Positions 25,398-35,633 of a DNA stretch of 64,000 bases are shown here, piece by piece. The position numbers were made by a program, and so were the translations under genes. The DNA is from a virus. Under the pieces are notes generated by a model that made no database searches, was not told the origin of the DNA, and saw only the letters and a program-made list of their open reading frames with translations. The DNA lies in IMG/VR virus record IMGVR_UViG_3300008952_000004, positions 1 to 64,000 of that record. The stretch is one strand, 5' to 3'. Position 1 is the first letter of the stretch. The number at the start of each line of letters is the position of its first letter.

Positions 25398-27044
25398 ATG
25401 AAATATGTTTTAATATCCGATTATCTGCCCCGCGAAGTAATCGGGGGCTGCGAAATAAATAATCAAGAGCTAGTTCTCTTATTAAAAAAGAGACAAAGAG
25501 ACATTTTTGAGATAAAATCATCCCAAGTGGACTTAGAATTTATTTCCAAGAACAAAGAATCTTTTTTCATTGTTTCTAATTTTATCGAACTCTCTGAGGC
25601 TTCGCGTGCTGAATTATTAAAATATAAATACATAATCTATGAACATGACCACAAATATTTGGTTAATAGAAACCCCGCCATCTTTTCAGGTTGTCGCGCT
25701 CCAGTTAGCCACATAGCAAATGAGTATTTTTATGCTGGAGCACAAGCGGTATTATGTCAGACCAATTTTCACGCTGAAATATTATACAGAAATTTAGCGT
25801 TGCCAAACGTTATTTCTTTGGGTGGTAATCTTTGGTCTGATGACATATTGGATTTGTTGGAGGAATGTGCTTCTTGTGCAAAGAGTACAGGGGCAACGGT
25901 TATGTCCTCTCCTATTGCTCATAAAAATACGATTGGAGCTATTAACTATTGCGAAGAGCAGGGCTATTCTTATAATTTAATTGCATCAAACAATCAAAAA
26001 GTTTTTCTTAAAGATTTAGCGAAACAGGAAAAGTTTATCTTTTTGCCCAAGACTCCGGAAACCCTTTCTCGTGTTGTCTGTGAAGCCCGAATGATGGGGG
26101 TTAACGTTGTGACCAATGGTCTGGTCGGCGCCACAAAAGAACCTTGGTTTTCTCTTAAAGGAAAAGAATTGGTTAATTTTATGAGACAGAAAAAACAAGA
26201 GATAGTGGACCTAGTTGAAGGAATTTTTCTCGAAACCGCTAACAAGGGTGAATTCGCTCTCAAGAACAAACTTGTGTCTGTTGTCATGCCAGCTTATAAT
26301 GATCAAGAGTATGTTTCACAGGCTATAGAAGATTTGATTAAACAAACATATTCGAATATCGAAGTTATTATTGTTGATGATGGATCCACAGATTCAACAG
26401 CAGAAATTTGCCAAAAATATGCAGAGGAATATGATTTCATCAGATTTTATAAAAAAAACAACGGCGGCACGGGCAGTGCCTTGAACTTTGGATTCGAAAA
26501 AGCTACGGGTGATTATGGGACTTGGGTTTCGTCTGATGACAGAAGACCGGCTAACTGCATAGAAAGAATGGTACGTGCCTTGGAAAATAATAATGTTGAG
26601 TTGGTTTTTGCTGCGTATCTTAGTGAGAGATTTAATAGAGCGTGGCGCTCTTATACACCGTCTAATAATGCTTTAGGATACCAGTGGGCAGAAAATGGTT
26701 TTACTTGGGAGGGCACACCATCAAAAGAAACATTTGTTGTCGACAACTGGGTCGATCTCAATCTACATCATTGTCACTCTGGTGTTTCTTTTTTGTTTAC
26801 CAAGGATTTAAAAAAACGCTCTGGTGAATATCTTAATCTCCCAGGTGAAGATTATCATATGGAAGTAAAGATGGGGATGTTAGCAAAAGAAAACAAAGTG
26901 GCTTACATTGATGAGGTCCTTGGCTGGCACAGGTTTCCACCAACCTCTTTGACGTCGACAGATGCCAGTTGTGTATTTGAGGCGGAAAAAATAACTAAAA
27001 ATATGATCTTAGAATGGAAAGAAACAGGCGTGGTTAATGGGTAA
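25398..27044 (+). CDS. bifunctional glycosyltransferase (GT-B-like N-domain + GT2 C-domain)
   Basis: ETLSRVVCEARMMG in N-half; VSVVMPAYN...IIVDDGSTD...NGGTGSALN...WVSSDD in C-half. Confidence 0.85.
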   Translation: MKYVLISDYLPREVIGGCEINNQELVLLLKKRQRDIFEIKSSQVDLEFISKNKESFFIVSNFIELSEASRAELLKYKYIIYEHDHKYLVNRNPAIFSGCRAPVSHIANEYFYAGAQAVLCQTNFHAEILYRNLALPNVISLGGNLWSDDILDLLEECASCAKSTGATVMSSPIAHKNTIGAINYCEEQGYSYNLIASNNQKVFLKDLAKQEKFIFLPKTPETLSRVVCEARMMGVNVVTNGLVGATKEPWFSLKGKELVNFMRQKKQEIVDLVEGIFLETANKGEFALKNKLVSVVMPAYNDQEYVSQAIEDLIKQTYSNIEVIIVDDGSTDSTAEICQKYAEEYDFIRFYKKNNGGTGSALNFGFEKATGDYGTWVSSDDRRPANCIERMVRALENNNVELVFAAYLSERFNRAWRSYTPSNNALGYQWAENGFTWEGTPSKETFVVDNWVDLNLHHCHSGVSFLFTKDLKKRSGEYLNLPGEDYHMEVKMGMLAKENKVAYIDEVLGWHRFPPTSLTSTDASCVFEAEKITKNMILEWKETGVVNG

Positions 27045-28104
27045 AAAAATAATAGTGACGGTCACCGGGATACGACCAGATTTCATTCGTATGTCAGAGG
27101 TGTTTCGAAAATTGGACAATGACGATGCATTCGAACACATATTAATACACACGGGACAACACTACGATGATCTTTTATCCGGTGTGTTTTTTAAAGATCT
27201 TGAAATAAGAGAGCCTGATTATAACTTGTCTATTGGCGGGGAAGGTCGATCACATCACCACCAACAGGCAGAACTTTCAGTAAGAATACTTGAGCTATTC
27301 GAACAACGAAAGATTAATCCAGATATTGTGTTATTTTTAGGAGACAGTAATTCAGTATTAGCATCAGTGCCGGTGCGTAAGCAGGGCTTTAAAGTTGGAC
27401 ATATTGAAGCAGGGATGCGTAGTTATGATGAAAGAATGCTAGAGGAGATCAATAGAAAAGTATGTGATCACGTTAGTAACTTCTTGTTTGTTTATCATGA
27501 AAACTATAAGAAAAAAGCCCTTAGAGAAGGAATTCCGGAGGGTAGAATATATGTTGTAGGAAACACAATTGTTGAGCCATTGCGTAAGATAGCGGACTTA
27601 GAATATAGAGGCACAAAAAAACATATCCTTTTAGATATTCATAGACCAGAAAACTTTTTATACCCCAAACGTCTTAAAGCAATAATTGAATATGCAAACA
27701 GATATTCGAAGATATTCACCACTCCGGTTAAAATGCTTTCATTTGGAAGAACAGAAGAAGCCCTGAAAAAAAATAATATAGATTTAGGGGAAATTCAAAC
27801 GGTACCATTAATGGGATATAAAGATTATGTTAGAGCACAGCAAGATAGTCGGTTTATCATAAGCGATAGTGGTACTGCACAAGAGGAACCAGCGCTTCTT
27901 GGCGTTCCTGTGATAGTACCAAGGGAATTTACAGAGCGTCCGGAATCCGTTGAAAACGATTGTAGCTTTATGCTAAAGTTTAATGAGAATTCGTTTATTG
28001 ATTCAGTTGATTGGGTTATGACACACATAAGAGCACATACCGATTGGCTTGGGAATGGCGATGCTTCACAGATGATTGTTGATATATTAAGGGAGCAGCT
28101 ATAA
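27037..28104 (+). CDS. wecB: UDP-N-acetylglucosamine 2-epimerase (non-hydrolysing)
   Basis: GIRPDFIRM, HTGQHYD, GHIEAGMRS, EEINR, VGNT, HRPEN, SDSGTAQEE, TERPE. Confidence 0.92.
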   Translation: MGKKIIVTVTGIRPDFIRMSEVFRKLDNDDAFEHILIHTGQHYDDLLSGVFFKDLEIREPDYNLSIGGEGRSHHHQQAELSVRILELFEQRKINPDIVLFLGDSNSVLASVPVRKQGFKVGHIEAGMRSYDERMLEEINRKVCDHVSNFLFVYHENYKKKALREGIPEGRIYVVGNTIVEPLRKIADLEYRGTKKHILLDIHRPENFLYPKRLKAIIEYANRYSKIFTTPVKMLSFGRTEEALKKNNIDLGEIQTVPLMGYKDYVRAQQDSRFIISDSGTAQEEPALLGVPVIVPREFTERPESVENDCSFMLKFNENSFIDSVDWVMTHIRAHTDWLGNGDASQMIVDILREQL

Positions 28105-28862
28105 TGAAAATTATTGGATTTTCCCAACTCCGTAATGAATTATCGAATGGAAATTTAGAAAATTGGTTTCGTTGTATGAACTTTTGCGATTATATATACA
28201 TATATGACCAAGCATCAGACGATGGAAGTAAAGAGTACTATAAAAAATATAAAAACACTGTTGTGATTGAATCACCAGTTAACGACTTTGAACGAGAAAT
28301 AACTTGTAAAGATATTCTTCTAAGGCGCGTCTTAAATGACCACCCAGATACAGATTGGATTTATTGGATCGACGGGGATACCATATTAGACGGAAGGATG
28401 TTGAGAAATGGTCATAGAGAGATATACAATATTCTAGAACAAGCTTCAGCCCAAAAAATTGACGCGATAGTTATGGGGCATTATAATTTATGGCGAAGTG
28501 ACATATATCATCGTGTAGACAACGATTATGATTGGTTTCACAGAAACGGTCGCCGTGTTTTTTGGAGGAACAACGGGCTGCTAAAGTTTGTCGATAATGG
28601 CGGGCTACACCAACCTCAATTTCCGCAGGGGTTATTAAAACAAGTCCGAATTGATAGAGATTTAATCCACCGTGGTTTTGCAACTGACGAACAAATCATG
28701 AATAGATACAATTTATATAAATCAAAGGGGCAAACTGGTCCAATGTTAGAAAGGTTGATTGACGAGACAGGATTACAGGTTAAAAGTATCCAGAGCGACA
28801 TATTTCCCGATTGGTATAAAACTGATGATGTACTCAACCCTTCAGAGAAAAAGAGGCTTTAA
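28104..28862 (+). CDS. glycosyltransferase family 2-like
   Basis: YDQASDDGS and WIDGD (DxD) motifs. Confidence 0.7.
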   Translation: MKIIGFSQLRNELSNGNLENWFRCMNFCDYIYIYDQASDDGSKEYYKKYKNTVVIESPVNDFEREITCKDILLRRVLNDHPDTDWIYWIDGDTILDGRMLRNGHREIYNILEQASAQKIDAIVMGHYNLWRSDIYHRVDNDYDWFHRNGRRVFWRNNGLLKFVDNGGLHQPQFPQGLLKQVRIDRDLIHRGFATDEQIMNRYNLYKSKGQTGPMLERLIDETGLQVKSIQSDIFPDWYKTDDVLNPSEKKRL

Positions 28863-29479
28863 TGTATGATAAAATCATTATTTCGCCACATGTGGATGAT
28901 GATGTACTTGGTTGTGGTGGTATATTAGACGAGAAATCATTAGTATTATATTGCGGTATTGATGATTTCCACGTTGTGAGTCGCGAGGAACGCATAAAGG
29001 AAGCAGACGCTGCCTCAGAAGTCTTGGGACACTCTTATATCATACTCCACGGAAATAAGGTTAATAGATATTTAGCAAATGATCTTATTGATGACTTTTC
29101 GAACTTTATTAATATGCATAAACCACAGCAGATTTTTATACCCTATCCTTCATATAATCAAGACCACCGGGCGGCATATGAGGCAGCGCTCATCGCGTTA
29201 CGACCTCACGATATAAATTTTTTTGTTAAAGAGGTGCTGGTATATGAACAGCCACATGTATTTTTTTGGGATCATACTCATACAATAGGTTCTGGATTTA
29301 AACCGAACTATTATGTGCCTATCAATATAGAAAGAAAAAAAGATGCATATAAAATGATGGCATCACAGAATAGAACATTTCGCAGTGTAGAACATATTGA
29401 TGCTTTAGCAACGTTACGCGGCGGTCAATCTGGGTGTACACACGCAGAAGCATTTCAAGCAATTAGGGTGGTGAAATAG
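28862..29479 (+). CDS. PIG-L/LmbE family N-deacetylase
   Basis: SPHVDDDVLGCGG, R..EA, NQDHR, EAF. Confidence 0.88.
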   Translation: MYDKIIISPHVDDDVLGCGGILDEKSLVLYCGIDDFHVVSREERIKEADAASEVLGHSYIILHGNKVNRYLANDLIDDFSNFINMHKPQQIFIPYPSYNQDHRAAYEAALIALRPHDINFFVKEVLVYEQPHVFFWDHTHTIGSGFKPNYYVPINIERKKDAYKMMASQNRTFRSVEHIDALATLRGGQSGCTHAEAFQAIRVVK

Positions 29480-30160
29480 ATGTCAAAAATTTTATTTTGT
29501 GGATATCGCCCATGGGCAAAAGAAATATATTATAATATAACCCATGGGAACCAATATAAAATTAAATCTTCTATAAAATTAATAGAATCGATAGACGAGT
29601 TAGAAAAAGAAATGGAACTTGAGAAGCCAGAAGCTATATTTTTTGTTGGTTGGAGTTGGATTGTGAAAAAAAATATTGTTGATAATCATTTATGTATTTG
29701 TTTACATCCTTCGCCGCTGCCAAAATATAGAGGCGGTTCTCCGATACAACATCAAATAATCAATGGCGAAACAAAAAGCGCAGTCACTCTGTTTAAAATG
29801 GATGAACACATAGACCGTGGTGATGTGTTATTTCAATATCCTTTCTCATTAAATGGCAACCTAAAAGATATATTCCGTCGAATTGTCGACGTTGGTCAAT
29901 ACGGTATAAGAAGATTGATTAAACAGATCGACAGTCCATCAACACTTCAAGGGGCTGCTCAGGACAAAAAAGAGGCAACATATTTTAAGAGAAGAACGCC
30001 AGACATGAGTGAAATAAAAGTTGAAGATCTTCTTAACTGTTCAGCAAAACAGATATATAATAAGATACGAGCGTTACAAGATCCTTACCCAAACGCATAT
30101 ATTGTTTGCGGAGACGGGTCTAAACTTTATCTACAATACGCAGAGGTGGATGATGAATAA
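29480..30160 (+). CDS. formyltransferase (Fmt/sugar N-formyltransferase family)
   Basis: LHPSPLPKYRGGSPIQHQI, IDRGDV, IRAL.DPYPNA. Confidence 0.9.
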   Translation: MSKILFCGYRPWAKEIYYNITHGNQYKIKSSIKLIESIDELEKEMELEKPEAIFFVGWSWIVKKNIVDNHLCICLHPSPLPKYRGGSPIQHQIINGETKSAVTLFKMDEHIDRGDVLFQYPFSLNGNLKDIFRRIVDVGQYGIRRLIKQIDSPSTLQGAAQDKKEATYFKRRTPDMSEIKVEDLLNCSAKQIYNKIRALQDPYPNAYIVCGDGSKLYLQYAEVDDE

Positions 30161-30920
30161 AAATGTAGAAGTAGTTACTCTTGTATATAAATCTGTAAAA
30201 TATTTGCACTTCATATGCGATCAACTACAGAGCGATCTTTGTAAGGTTGATGGATGGGATGTTGGCGTCCGTGTTGTAGCAAATGATGCTACACCAGAAG
30301 TATTAAAAGAGTTGGAGAATGTGGACATTAAATATTCTATATTTGATAACCCCGATCCAAACGAATTTTATTTAAACAGGGTATATCGTGCGTACAACTA
30401 TGCTGTCACCTCAAGCGAATATGACAATGTATGCTTGGTTAATTCGGACGATGTTTTTTGTAAGGACTGGTTGGCTAACCTGTTAAAACATCATGATGGG
30501 GTCAATATTCCTTGTAGCCGATTAATTGAGAGTGGTAAAATGGATAGCGGGATGCACGGCGTTAACCTCATGAGGGTGGAGGGAGAACATTTTGGTCGCC
30601 ATCCAGATGAATTTGATATGGAGCGCTGGCTTTCATATGCTGAAAAAATAAAAGAAAACCGCATTGAACCACGTGGATTGTATATGCCCTGTGTTTTAGA
30701 AAAAGATCGGGTCATCGAAAGCGGACTATACCCGGAAGGAAACGTATTTCTTGAACCACCCAACAAATTGATGATTGGATATCCTAATGACAGACCCGTG
30801 TGGCGCGCAGGAGATGATTTTTATTTTCATTATGTTCTAGAGCCGAAATACGGTATGAAACACATAACTGTTTTTGATTCACCGGTATATCATATTATTG
30901 AAGGAGAAAAGGACGAATAA
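30153..30920 (+). CDS. glycosyltransferase family 2-like (GT-A)
   Basis: Likely start 30153 after GAGGTG; VRVVAND, VNSDD (DxD), WLANL, YH near C-terminus. Confidence 0.65.
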   Translation: MNKNVEVVTLVYKSVKYLHFICDQLQSDLCKVDGWDVGVRVVANDATPEVLKELENVDIKYSIFDNPDPNEFYLNRVYRAYNYAVTSSEYDNVCLVNSDDVFCKDWLANLLKHHDGVNIPCSRLIESGKMDSGMHGVNLMRVEGEHFGRHPDEFDMERWLSYAEKIKENRIEPRGLYMPCVLEKDRVIESGLYPEGNVFLEPPNKLMIGYPNDRPVWRAGDDFYFHYVLEPKYGMKHITVFDSPVYHIIEGEKDE

Positions 30921-30921
30921 A

Positions 30922-31719
30922 ATGTATTATAACGGAAAATGGGACAACCCAAAAGTTGTGATGTACTGTCAAATTGGTGGTGCGTTAGATATGGCTAAAT
31001 TTGCAGTTGAAAGCGCAATCGAGAATAGTGGCATGCCGGATGAAGATGTGGATATTGTCTTTATTTGCTGGAAGACAGCACCAGAGGTGTATGAATGGCT
31101 GGAGAAAAAAAACTTTAAGTATGTTGATATTGGATATGACGAAGGGAAGGGCTTCTTGTGGAATCTGTATCGTGGCTGGAATGCTGGGTATGAGATAGCA
31201 TACGAGTATACAGATTATATCTGCCCTATTGCTACGGATCATTACTTTCATAAAGACTGGTTGGCTAATATGTATAAGCACGCCAAGTCAAATCGAATTG
31301 TTAATTGCAAACTGATTGAGCCGGGAACCTTGCCCTCTTTGCACACTTGTAGAGATTTTGGTCTGACCCTTCATAATAGTTTTAAGAAAGAAGAGTTTCT
31401 TGAGTTCGCGAACAAATTTTGTGAACTGAGCAAGGACCAGCTTGCGACTGATGAAATAGAGTATGGACATCGATTTGATGCGATGCCTTTTATTTGCGCT
31501 AAAGATGTTTGGCAAAGATTTGGACCAATGTCCAAAGTACTCGTACATGGAAGTCCAGACCCAGAGGGGGTTTTCATACACAATGTTACCGGTGACACAG
31601 ATTTTTTCAATCGTTGTAAATTTAATAACGTTGAGGTAGTAAAGGCGCTGGACGCTCTGAGTTACCACTGTGGCGGTCTAGAAACACAGATTAACAAACA
31701 ACGCGGAGTGTACACGTGA
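30922..31719 (+). CDS. glycosyltransferase family 2-like (GT-A), paralog of preceding gene
   Basis: Shared blocks with 30153 gene (..LYRxxN, D..F.KDWLAN, C.LIE.G, GD..FF, YH). Confidence 0.62.
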   Translation: MYYNGKWDNPKVVMYCQIGGALDMAKFAVESAIENSGMPDEDVDIVFICWKTAPEVYEWLEKKNFKYVDIGYDEGKGFLWNLYRGWNAGYEIAYEYTDYICPIATDHYFHKDWLANMYKHAKSNRIVNCKLIEPGTLPSLHTCRDFGLTLHNSFKKEEFLEFANKFCELSKDQLATDEIEYGHRFDAMPFICAKDVWQRFGPMSKVLVHGSPDPEGVFIHNVTGDTDFFNRCKFNNVEVVKALDALSYHCGGLETQINKQRGVYT

Positions 31720-32513
31720 GAATCGGCATAGTCGGCGTTGGCGTTGTGGGTTCCGCCATTAAATATGGTTTCGAGAAACTGGGGCACGATATATTTGTGC
31801 ATGATATTCGCCTAGGTACAACCCTAGAAGACGTACTACCCTCGGAGATATGTTTTTTGTGTTTACCAACACCATCTGATGAATTTGATCGCTGTGATAT
31901 CTCCATTGTAGAGGAGACAGTTTCTAGATTGTGCGATCTGAAGTATCAGGGTATCGTGGCTATTAAATCAACTGTATCACCGGGAACTACACAATCCCTT
32001 ATAAAAAAACATAAGTGGTATAATATTTGTTTTGTACCAGAATTTCTTAGAGAAAGATGTGCTTCTATTGATTTTGTCGAGAACCATGATGTATGTATAA
32101 TCGGCACAAATGAAGATTGGATATATGATAAGGTAGTATCCGCCCATGGAAAGTACCCGCAGACCTTTTGTCGCTTGACTCCGACAGAAGCTGAATTGTC
32201 TAAGTATTTTAATAACATTTATAATGCAACTCTGATCACATTTGCAAATAGTTTTTTTGAAGTGTGTGAGGCAGTCGGCGCCGATTATACTAATGTAAAA
32301 AATGCGATTACAACTCGAACACATATTCAGGATATATATCTTGATTGTAATAAAAACTTTAGGGGCTTTGGCGGCATGTGCTTACCCAAGGATACTAAAG
32401 CTATAGCCGCACTTTGTAAAGAAAGAAACATCAGTGTGAACTTTTTCAAATCACTTTTGGAAGAAAATAACAAATATAAAATAACAGTGTTTGAAGGGAT
32501 GAGGTTAAAATGA
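31716..32513 (+). CDS. ugd: UDP-glucose/UDP-ManNAc 6-dehydrogenase (lacks C-terminal domain)
   Basis: GVGVVG, CLPTP, KSTVSPGT, PEFLRE, KYFNN, GFGGMCLPKD; only 265 aa. Confidence 0.85.
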   Translation: MRIGIVGVGVVGSAIKYGFEKLGHDIFVHDIRLGTTLEDVLPSEICFLCLPTPSDEFDRCDISIVEETVSRLCDLKYQGIVAIKSTVSPGTTQSLIKKHKWYNICFVPEFLRERCASIDFVENHDVCIIGTNEDWIYDKVVSAHGKYPQTFCRLTPTEAELSKYFNNIYNATLITFANSFFEVCEAVGADYTNVKNAITTRTHIQDIYLDCNKNFRGFGGMCLPKDTKAIAALCKERNISVNFFKSLLEENNKYKITVFEGMRLK

Positions 32514-33238
32514 GTAGAGAAAAAAAGATGAAAATTTTGATTCCGTTAGCAGGCGCCGGTTCTCGATTCTTTAAGGAAGGGTATACAGATCCGAAACCTC
32601 TTATTGATGTTGCAGGAAAGCCAATGATACGTCGGGTTATTGAAAATATTGACATGCCAGAAATGGAACACATCTTTATTGTTCAAAAGTCACACATTGA
32701 AAAGTATCCTAAAATTAAAGAATATCTTAGTGGCTGCGTCCGACGGGCTACGCTAGTTGAGATTGATGGTTTGACTGAAGGGGCAGCTTGCACAACCTTA
32801 TTAGCAGAAGAATACCTAGATGACAGTCCGCTCCTTATTGTGAATTCGGATCAATGGGTTGACTGGGTACCATCACACTTTGTTAACTTTTGCAAAGATT
32901 TGGACGGCTGCATTCCTTTCTTTTTATCAGACAGTCCAAAGCACTCATACTCTAGAGTGAACTACGAAACGGGTTTGGTAACTCAGGTCGCAGAAAAGCA
33001 GGTTATAAGTAATTTTGCCACAGTCGGGATATATTATTGGAAAAGTGGAAAAGAATATATCGATTGTGTTAAAGAGATGATTCGCAAAGACATCAGATTC
33101 AACAATGAATTTTACATTTGTCCCGTCTATAACATTTTGATAAATTCTAGAGGCGGGCAGGTAAAACCTTATCCAGTGTTTGAAATGAGGGGAATGGGAA
33201 CTCCCCAGGAACTAGAAAAATTTATAAATAAACTTTAA
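32510..33238 (+). CDS. sugar nucleotidyltransferase, BcbE-like
   Basis: ILIPLAGAGSRF..EGY..PKPLIDV.GKPMI, TEGAACT, NSDQ, AEKQVIS..ATVGIYYW, NNEFYICPVYN, GMGTP. Confidence 0.85.
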   Translation: MSREKKMKILIPLAGAGSRFFKEGYTDPKPLIDVAGKPMIRRVIENIDMPEMEHIFIVQKSHIEKYPKIKEYLSGCVRRATLVEIDGLTEGAACTTLLAEEYLDDSPLLIVNSDQWVDWVPSHFVNFCKDLDGCIPFFLSDSPKHSYSRVNYETGLVTQVAEKQVISNFATVGIYYWKSGKEYIDCVKEMIRKDIRFNNEFYICPVYNILINSRGGQVKPYPVFEMRGMGTPQELEKFINKL

Positions 33239-33252
33239 TTAAGGAGAAATAG

Positions 33253-34443
33253 ATGCGCTTGTTTAAGAGCCTTAAAGAAATTGATTTAGACAAATATATT
33301 ATTTGCACTTATTATTTGCAATCAAGCACTACGCTTCGTGACGCGGCTTGGGCTCTGGCAATCGGACAAAGTGTGGGCAATCCAAATGTAAGAAATCGCT
33401 GGGAAACAGATAAATTGTTTGAAGAACATTCTTGTCTGATCGTTGGGACAGAGGAATCCCTTGCATCCGTCAAAGCGGGCACAATCCAAATCGCTTTTCC
33501 TATTGTGAACACGGATTTCAGAACTGATGGCGTTTCACATCTACTCTGTCAGTTTATGGGTGGACAAATGGACATTGATATAGTTGAAAAGTGTCATCTA
33601 AATAAAGTTGAAATACCAAAAAGAATAGAACAGAAATATTTTCTTAAACCAAAATATGGAATTGACGGTATTAGAAAGTTTACTGGCGTCGGCGAAAAAC
33701 CACTACTTGGCGGCATCGTCAAGCCAAAAATTGGTGTAGATAGCAGGGTATTATTAGAGATGGTCAAAGAGATGGTTCAGGGCGGAGTGAACTTCATTAA
33801 AGAGGACGAAATAATGTCAAACCCTGCTTGTTGCCCGATAGAAGAAAGAGTGCCTCTGATCATGGAATATATTAAAGATAAAAATGTAATTTATTCAGTT
33901 TGTGTTAATAGCGACCCGGCACAGGTAATTGAACGGGTCAAAAAAGTTCACAGTATGGGAGCTAATTCGATCCATATAAATTTTTGGAGCGGCTTGGGAG
34001 TATATAAATCAATTCGAGAATTGGACTTACCCTTATTCATACATTTTCAAAAAAGCGGCGACAAAATTTTAACAAACAAAGAACACGCTTATCATATTTC
34101 TTGGGATGTTATTTGTGATTTGGCTGGACTAATGGGTGTTGATTTTATACATGCCGGTATGTGGGGTGGGTATATGTCAGACAACGAAACCTCACTTAGA
34201 CAAACATTACAAATTTTACATAATAGACAGGTGATGCCAGCGCTAAGTTGTGGGATGCATCCCGGTCTTGTGCAAGCAATTAATGAAAAGTTTGGTGTGA
34301 ATTACCTTGCCAATGTCGGCGGCGCCCTCCACGGTCATCCGAAAGGAACACTTGGCGGGGCAATGGCAATGCGGCAAGCAATCGATAATACTCCATCAGA
34401 GGAATATAATATTGCAATTGATAAGTGGGGCTTGATCAAATGA
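33253..34443 (+). CDS. RuBisCO-like protein (form IV, RLP)
   Basis: GIVKPKIG (K175/K177), GGVNFIKEDE (carbamylation motif K201-D203-E204), DFIHAG, PALSCG, VGGALHGHPKG; lacks H294 and K334 equivalents. Confidence 0.92.
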   Translation: MRLFKSLKEIDLDKYIICTYYLQSSTTLRDAAWALAIGQSVGNPNVRNRWETDKLFEEHSCLIVGTEESLASVKAGTIQIAFPIVNTDFRTDGVSHLLCQFMGGQMDIDIVEKCHLNKVEIPKRIEQKYFLKPKYGIDGIRKFTGVGEKPLLGGIVKPKIGVDSRVLLEMVKEMVQGGVNFIKEDEIMSNPACCPIEERVPLIMEYIKDKNVIYSVCVNSDPAQVIERVKKVHSMGANSIHINFWSGLGVYKSIRELDLPLFIHFQKSGDKILTNKEHAYHISWDVICDLAGLMGVDFIHAGMWGGYMSDNETSLRQTLQILHNRQVMPALSCGMHPGLVQAINEKFGVNYLANVGGALHGHPKGTLGGAMAMRQAIDNTPSEEYNIAIDKWGLIK

Positions 34444-34880
34444 TCGTGATTTCCCATAGGGGATATGAAAGTGGGGAAAATGATAAGTTGGAGAATAACC
34501 CTCTCCAGATAAGAAGGCTTTTGAGTATGGGCATAGATGTAGAGATAGATGTGTCATATGACGGTCGTTTTTTCCTGGGACACAATAGTGGCAAGTATGA
34601 AATCGATATTGATTTTTTAAAACAGGACGGGCTCTGGTGTCACGCAAAAGATAGTCTGGCATTTGAACTGATGCTGCAAAGCGGTGTGCACTGTTTTTGG
34701 CATCAGTGTGACGACTATACTTTGACCAGCCGAGGCATAATCTGGGCTTATCCCTCAAAAGACTTGCACAATCTGCATCAATCGGTGTTATTATTTCCAG
34801 AAAATATCCCCGGTGGATTAACAAGTGCTCAGCGGGAAAATCTTTACGCGATATGTACTGATTTTCCGTTTCTATATTAG
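34440..34880 (+). CDS. short GDPD/PLC-like phosphodiesterase-fold protein
   Basis: MIVISHRG...EN...G.DVEIDV...LGH...LWCHAK...FWHQ.DDYTLTS.G.IWAYP. Confidence 0.65.
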   Translation: MIVISHRGYESGENDKLENNPLQIRRLLSMGIDVEIDVSYDGRFFLGHNSGKYEIDIDFLKQDGLWCHAKDSLAFELMLQSGVHCFWHQCDDYTLTSRGIIWAYPSKDLHNLHQSVLLFPENIPGGLTSAQRENLYAICTDFPFLY

Positions 34881-34892
34881 GAGTAATTTTTT

Positions 34893-35633
34893 ATGAAAGT
34901 TGGAACAGTAATAACAATGTATGACGAACATCCGATTGCTCTTAAAAGCGTGACGGAAATAAAAAAAACGATACCAGATAGTACAATCATACTGGTGCAC
35001 TCAGATGATTGTCAAGAAACATCAGAATTAATAGCCCTCAAGGAGATGGTTACTGAATATATAATATTACCGGACATGTCTAAGGTGTTGACTAATCAAC
35101 AAGCACTGGGCGCCAATTGTATTGCTAGAAATTATAGTGCTGGATTTAAATCCCTTTATTCGTTGGGAAAACAATATGACCTAGTTGTGGCTTTGACAGC
35201 GGACACTCTTATAACCGACGGGGAATCATTTTCTAGGCGTCGGGAGGAAATGCTCCGCACCGAGCGTACAGCCTTGGTGTCACAGGCTATAGGACAGAAT
35301 TTCCATGCAGTAGCCAAGGATGGAAGTCGAATTGTTGAGGGTCGCCATCAGAGTCCTGAAATAACTGACTTTATGCCGCAGCTTTTTTTTCTTGACGGCA
35401 GTTTTGCAGCGAAACAAAGGGCGTTCGAAGACGTTGAAGTTACAAATCCGTATGCGTCGGAACAGTGTCTGGGCGATAACTTAGTTAATTGCTTGACAAA
35501 AGAAGATAAAACGTTCTATAATAGTGTTGGTAGATTAAACTGGTTCTCTCCTACATTCGCATATGCTTATGCAGATGGCGCGGAGTATCATGCATTGCAC
35601 GGCGGCATTCCAGCGGGAAGAGAAATAAAATGA
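34893..35633 (+). CDS. hypothetical protein, possibly GT-A fold
   Basis: RBS AGGAG; VITMYDE, ILVHSD, ALTADT; within glycan operon. Confidence 0.5.
   Translation: MKVGTVITMYDEHPIALKSVTEIKKTIPDSTIILVHSDDCQETSELIALKEMVTEYIILPDMSKVLTNQQALGANCIARNYSAGFKSLYSLGKQYDLVVALTADTLITDGESFSRRREEMLRTERTALVSQAIGQNFHAVAKDGSRIVEGRHQSPEITDFMPQLFFLDGSFAAKQRAFEDVEVTNPYASEQCLGDNLVNCLTKEDKTFYNSVGRLNWFSPTFAYAYADGAEYHALHGGIPAGREIK

Noticed and set aside
33253-34443. Bona fide carbon-fixing RuBisCO
   Set aside because: Equivalents of H294, K334 and N123 are substituted, and no small subunit or phosphoribulokinase is nearby.
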